A stretch of DNA of 42,826 nucleotides from Pseudomonadota bacterium (GTDB taxonomy: Bacteria; Desulfobacterota; Desulfobulbia; Desulfobulbales; DAOVYS01), in contig DAOVYS010000001.1 of assembly GCA_030635485.1 (NCBI GenBank), forward strand, positions 1 to 42,826. Direction: 5' to 3'. The notes below the pieces were generated by a model. It made no database searches. It was not told where the DNA came from and saw only the letters and a list, made by a program, of their open reading frames with translations. A program made the translations under genes and the position numbers. Positions 39,449 through 42,826 of this stretch are shown here, piece after piece (positions within the stretch are counted from its first letter, which is position 1; every line of letters starts with the position of its first letter).

Positions 39449-39769
39449 ATGAAGAAACTGACCGTAAGATCAATTTTATCAGTACTGATGCTACTGGGCT
39501 TTGCAACACTCGCATGCGCCGCTGAAGGTGCTGGCGTCAGTGTAAAAGACCAAGCGCTCTATTTTATTGCAGCTGCTTTGGCAGTTGGTATCCCCGGAGC
39601 TGGTTGCGGTATCGGTATGGGTACCGCTATCAACGCCGCATGCTCCGGCATTGCCCGTAATCCTGAGGCAGGTGGTAAAATTCAGGTCAACATGATCATC
39701 GGTCTGGCTCTGATCGAGTCACTGACGATTTACGGCTTGGTTATCGCCCTGATCCTGCTGTTCATGTAA
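39449..39769 (+). CDS. atpE: F0F1 ATP synthase subunit c, with an N-terminal signal-peptide-like extension.
   Basis: The hairpin core is [56 protein letters not shown], with the carboxylate in IES. A strong AAGGAGG SD lies 7 nt upstream of 39449. Confidence 0.9.
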   Translation: MKKLTVRSILSVLMLLGFATLACAAEGAGVSVKDQALYFIAAALAVGIPGAGCGIGMGTAINAACSGIARNPEAGGKIQVNMIIGLALIESLTIYGLVIALILLFM

Positions 39770-39816
39770 GATTTATAAGATTACGATCCAGCAGCAAGAT
39801 CACCAAGTGATGTTAA

Positions 39817-39850
39817 AGAGGCCGCAGAAATTCTGCGGCCTCTTTTTTTT
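39817..39850 (+). terminator. Rho-independent terminator after atpE.
   Basis: It has an 11-bp GC-rich stem AGAGGCCGCAG / CTGCGGCCTCT, the loop AAATT, and a run of 7-8 T. Confidence 0.85.
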
Positions 39851-39884
39851 GGGGGCTAAATGTTGACACCTTATTGGTTATCTA

Positions 39885-40616
39885 ATGTCCGATGTTTTGA
39901 TCAAACCGCGACGCGAAAAGGGAGAGCCTTTCCTGAAGGGGACGGGCCTGCTGATTATAAATCCATCGGAAGTCACATCTGCCGTCAATCTGACACGGAC
40001 TGAAAGCCGAAAACAGTATTTTCTCTACAACAGCCGTCTATTTCAAATCCTGCCCGCACAAGCCCGAAACCCCTTTTTTTTAGCCGGTCCCATGGTTGGT
40101 TCGCCAATGGCGGTGATGACCATGGAAAAACTTGTTGCTCTTGGGGCGCAACTCTTTATAATTTTCGGATGGTGCGGCTCTTTAGACCCGTCGCTTCGAG
40201 TTGGTGACATTCTGCTCCCGACTTGGGCAATCAGTGAAGAAGGCACATCTGTTCACTATCCGGCAAAAAAGCGATCGACTTCATCCGACAGGATACGCGG
40301 CCTCCTTAATTCTCATTTTAATAAATGCGGCATCAAAACAGTTGAGGGACCTGTCTGGACCACTGACGCCCCGTACCGGGAGACCAGGGACAAGGTGCTG
40401 GCTTACGGAAGTGAGGGGATCATGGGAGTGGACATGGAATTTTCCGCAATGAGCGCACTGGCCGCATTTCGGGAGGTTGAAATGGCGGCTGTATTTCTGG
40501 TTTCAGACGAACTGTGGCGCAAAGAGTGGAGTGCCGGCTTTCGAGACAAAACATTCAAGAAAAAGAGTAAAACAATTCTTCAGATTCTTATCAGGTGTTG
40601 CCGGGATATCCTGTAA
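39885..40616 (+). CDS. Nucleoside phosphorylase family protein (PNP_UDP_1; uridine/purine phosphorylase-like).
   Basis: Motifs seen are GSPMAVMTMEKLVALGAQLFIIFGWCGSL, VGDILLPTWAISEEGTSVHY and GVDMEFSAMSALA. Confidence 0.72.
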   Translation: MSDVLIKPRREKGEPFLKGTGLLIINPSEVTSAVNLTRTESRKQYFLYNSRLFQILPAQARNPFFLAGPMVGSPMAVMTMEKLVALGAQLFIIFGWCGSLDPSLRVGDILLPTWAISEEGTSVHYPAKKRSTSSDRIRGLLNSHFNKCGIKTVEGPVWTTDAPYRETRDKVLAYGSEGIMGVDMEFSAMSALAAFREVEMAAVFLVSDELWRKEWSAGFRDKTFKKKSKTILQILIRCCRDIL

Positions 40617-40638
40617 TAGGAACCTTGATCCAATCAAG

Positions 40639-41970
40639 ATGAACAAAAAAATTTTTATACAGAGTCTTGGATGTCCCAAAAACCTCGTGGATTCCGAGGT
40701 CATGCTCGGTCTGCTTAAACAGGCTGGCTATAGGGTTTCAGATACACCGGAAGAGGCGAATATCCTGCTTGTCAATACCTGCGGTTTTATCCAACCGGCA
40801 GTGGAGGAATCTATTGATGAAATTTTGGAATTTGCCCGGCTCAAGAGGAAAGAACCTGATAAAAAACTCGTTGTCACCGGTTGCCTGGTGCAGAGATACA
40901 GGGAGGGGTTAAAAGAGCAACTTCCGGAGGTAAATCTGTTTGTCGGCACTGATGAATTTCATAATATTGTAGCACACCTGAAGCAGTGCGAAAGCGGGGA
41001 GTCGCGGATGCTGAAGATTTCCGGGCAGAGATTTCTCCTTAACAGTTCCTTTCCAAGGCTTCTCTCAACGCCGTCGCATCGGGCATATATGAAGATAACC
41101 GAGGGCTGTTCCAACAGATGCGCATATTGTCTTATTCCGGCAATTCGTGGCCCTATGAGAAGCAGGAGACCCTCGGACCTGATTCTTGAGGCAAAGCGGT
41201 TGGCGGATAATGGTGTAAAAGAGTTGACCCTTATTGCCCAGGATCTAACCGCCTACGGAAGAGACATGAATGTAGGCGTAAATCTTGAAAGCCTTTTAGG
41301 TGAATTACTTTCGAATTGTGCAATTCCATGGATCAGACTCCTTTATCTCCATCCGGCGCGTTTGGATGTAAGTTTGCTGGAACTTATGGCCTCATCGGAT
41401 CGTCTGATGCCTTACCTTGATGTTCCATTGCAGCATGTGAGCAGCCGTATTCTAAAGACCATGAACCGAGGGTATGATCGGGGATACGCGGAAATGCTCA
41501 TACGGAATATCCGCAAGATTCTGCCGGGTGCTGCCATAAGGACAACTTTTCTTGTCGGATTTCCAGGTGAGACCAAAGACGATGCTGCCCAGATAGAGGA
41601 ATTCATTCGAACGTACAAGCTGGAACATGTGGGTATTTTTACCTATTCAAATGAGGAGGGCTGTCCAGCGGTGAATTTTTCTGATCAGTGTACGGAAGAT
41701 GAAAAAAATGAAAGGCGTAATCGCCTCATGGAAATCCAGGCGGAAATCTCACTTGAAAATAACAGGCGAATGGTAGGGAAGGTGGAACAGGTTCTGGTGG
41801 AGGGGGTCAGCAGAGAGACCGATCTTCTTCTTGAAGGGCGCACACGGTATCAGGCGCCGGACATTGATGGATGCGTATATATTTCCGCCGGGCACTGCAA
41901 CGCTGGTGATATTGTAGAAGTATGCATAACCGAAGCGCACCCTTATGATCTGGTCGGTGAAATATTATGA
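40639..41970 (+). CDS. rimO: Ribosomal protein S12 methylthiotransferase RimO.
   Basis: It has the MTTase N-domain IFIQSLGCPKNLVDSE...NTCGF, the radical-SAM motif CSNRCAYCLIP, and a C-terminal TRAM domain (VGKVEQVLVEG...GDIVEVCITEA). The start is MNKKIF at 40639; the track start at 40477 overlaps the upstream gene. Confidence 0.93.
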   Translation: MNKKIFIQSLGCPKNLVDSEVMLGLLKQAGYRVSDTPEEANILLVNTCGFIQPAVEESIDEILEFARLKRKEPDKKLVVTGCLVQRYREGLKEQLPEVNLFVGTDEFHNIVAHLKQCESGESRMLKISGQRFLLNSSFPRLLSTPSHRAYMKITEGCSNRCAYCLIPAIRGPMRSRRPSDLILEAKRLADNGVKELTLIAQDLTAYGRDMNVGVNLESLLGELLSNCAIPWIRLLYLHPARLDVSLLELMASSDRLMPYLDVPLQHVSSRILKTMNRGYDRGYAEMLIRNIRKILPGAAIRTTFLVGFPGETKDDAAQIEEFIRTYKLEHVGIFTYSNEEGCPAVNFSDQCTEDEKNERRNRLMEIQAEISLENNRRMVGKVEQVLVEGVSRETDLLLEGRTRYQAPDIDGCVYISAGHCNAGDIVEVCITEAHPYDLVGEIL

Positions 41971-41974
41971 ACAG

Positions 41975-42024
41975 TTACAGTTCGGTGGTTTTAGCTATAT
42001 TTCGGCATCACGCTGAATAGTTAC
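41975..42024. repeat. Family G repeat, short copy G2.
   Basis: It carries TTACAGTTCGGTGGTTTTAGCTA and GCTGAATAGTTAC, shared with G1. Confidence 0.65.
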
Positions 42025-42057
42025 TGAGCGGCTTTTATAATGGCCGATTCGCGTTGA

Positions 42058-42333
42058 CTATTTGTTGACCAGCTCTCGCAGCTGTTTCCCAACCTTGAAA
42101 AACGGCAGTTTTTTTGGCGGCACTTTGATTTTTTCACCGGTCTTGGGGTTTCTGCCGTCATAAGCACTGTATTCTTTGACTACAAAACTGCCGAATCCAC
42201 GAATTTCAATATTGTCACCTGCGGACAGGGCATTGCTCATGGTTTCCAGTATGGTGTTCGTTATATTACTCGCTTCTCGTAACGGCATATTGATCTCACG
42301 GGCAAGAGCCTCTATTAATTCGGACTTATTCAT
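42058..42333 (-). CDS. HU/IHF-family DNA-binding protein, most like integration host factor beta subunit.
   Basis: MNKSELIEALA...IEIRGFGSFVVKEYSAYDGRNPKTGEKIKVPPKKLPFFKVGKQLRELVN matches the IHF/HU arm and body consensus. Confidence 0.9.
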   Translation of the reverse strand: MNKSELIEALAREINMPLREASNITNTILETMSNALSAGDNIEIRGFGSFVVKEYSAYDGRNPKTGEKIKVPPKKLPFFKVGKQLRELVNK

Positions 42334-42536
42334 CCCTTTCTCCTGAACTGGTTGTCAAAAAATTCGGGTGAAGAAATGGCCCCGTATGGGTGCCGTCTGC
42401 TCCTGTCACCAAAAAATACCATTAAATACATATACATAAATTATTTTAAACCAGCAGCTTATAAATTGTAAAGAAATATTTTTTTTTGGATCAATTTTTA
42501 GGCTTGGAATATCTATCCGAATATATTTGTTTTTTA

Positions 42537-42714
42537 GTAAACGTTCACCAGCACCCCATCTGCACGCGCTTAGGGCAACCGGTATAGGTAAGCTATAACC
42601 GGTCGCCCTGATTACGCACCCCAGCATTTCCTTCGGGCGCACATAAGCCTGGGGCACTGGTAAACGCTTACATGCCGGGGGGGCCGTAAGTTCGTACCCA
42701 TGGTGAACGGTTAC
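42537..42714. repeat. Family B structured repeat, copy B6 (full length, about 178 bp).
   Basis: The sequence is GTAAACGTTCACCAGCACCCCATCTGCACGCG...CACTGGTAAACGCTTACATGCCGGGGGGGCCGTAAGTTCGTACCCATGGTGAACGGTTAC. Confidence 0.9.
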
Positions 42715-42826
42715 GTTTTTTACAGTGAGTTCCGTTAAGGGCTCGTTCAAAAATAACTTCACATTTTGATGCGCCGATTCATCCCGCATGGTTGCGTTGC
42801 TCGTCGGTTAAATAGCCCTGCTATTC

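Noticed and set aside
42406-42789. A 127-aa minus-strand ORF near the window end.
   Set aside because: It is almost entirely composed of repeat B6, and the same sequence at 34295-34467 is non-coding or read in another frame. It has no SD and an odd composition.

Overview
The window looks like an ordinary chromosomal, mostly housekeeping segment. By inference from gene content and order it comes from a Desulfobacterota (delta-proteobacterium-like) anaerobe: pyrG-kdsA-kdsC-lptC, a split atpZ-atpI-atpB-atpE operon, hypC/hypF/hypD, a two-CW sensor kinase, and roughly 47% GC by eye. I support about 36 protein-coding genes: mutS (5' part), a YfcE-type phosphoesterase, thiC, an EndoIII-like glycosylase, a TrmJ-like methyltransferase, rnr, an RSH (Rel/SpoT) protein, an Sfp-type PPTase, hybrid sensor kinases, hypC-hypF-hypD, a FliN-like protein, an M16 peptidase, rlpA, pyrG, kdsA, kdsC, lptC, an orphan COG2984 binding protein, an HDOD-GAF protein, a MORN protein, queH, bamD, trxA, hemL, atpZIBE, a PNP/UDP-family phosphorylase, rimO and an IHF/HU protein. 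I found no rRNA, tRNA, CRISPR array, transposase, integrase, or recognisable defence or toxin genes. I could not identify a clear novel multi-gene system. Three things are unusual. (1) Almost every intergenic gap is filled by dispersed, highly structured palindromic repeats of at least five families. One family shows compensatory base changes, one pair brackets a single gene, and some copies supply stop codons or create false ORFs. (2) There is a co-directional signalling cluster: a degenerate HisKA (His->Tyr)+REC protein, a secreted M16 protease, and a REC-histidine kinase. (3) Several loci have odd context: a FliN-like gene inside the hyp cluster, an RSH protein with an apparently degenerate synthetase site, a thiC leader without a recognisable TPP riboswitch, and a MORN/HDOD-GAF operon at a synteny break after lptC. 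All homology calls come from motif recognition by eye, and no searches were run.
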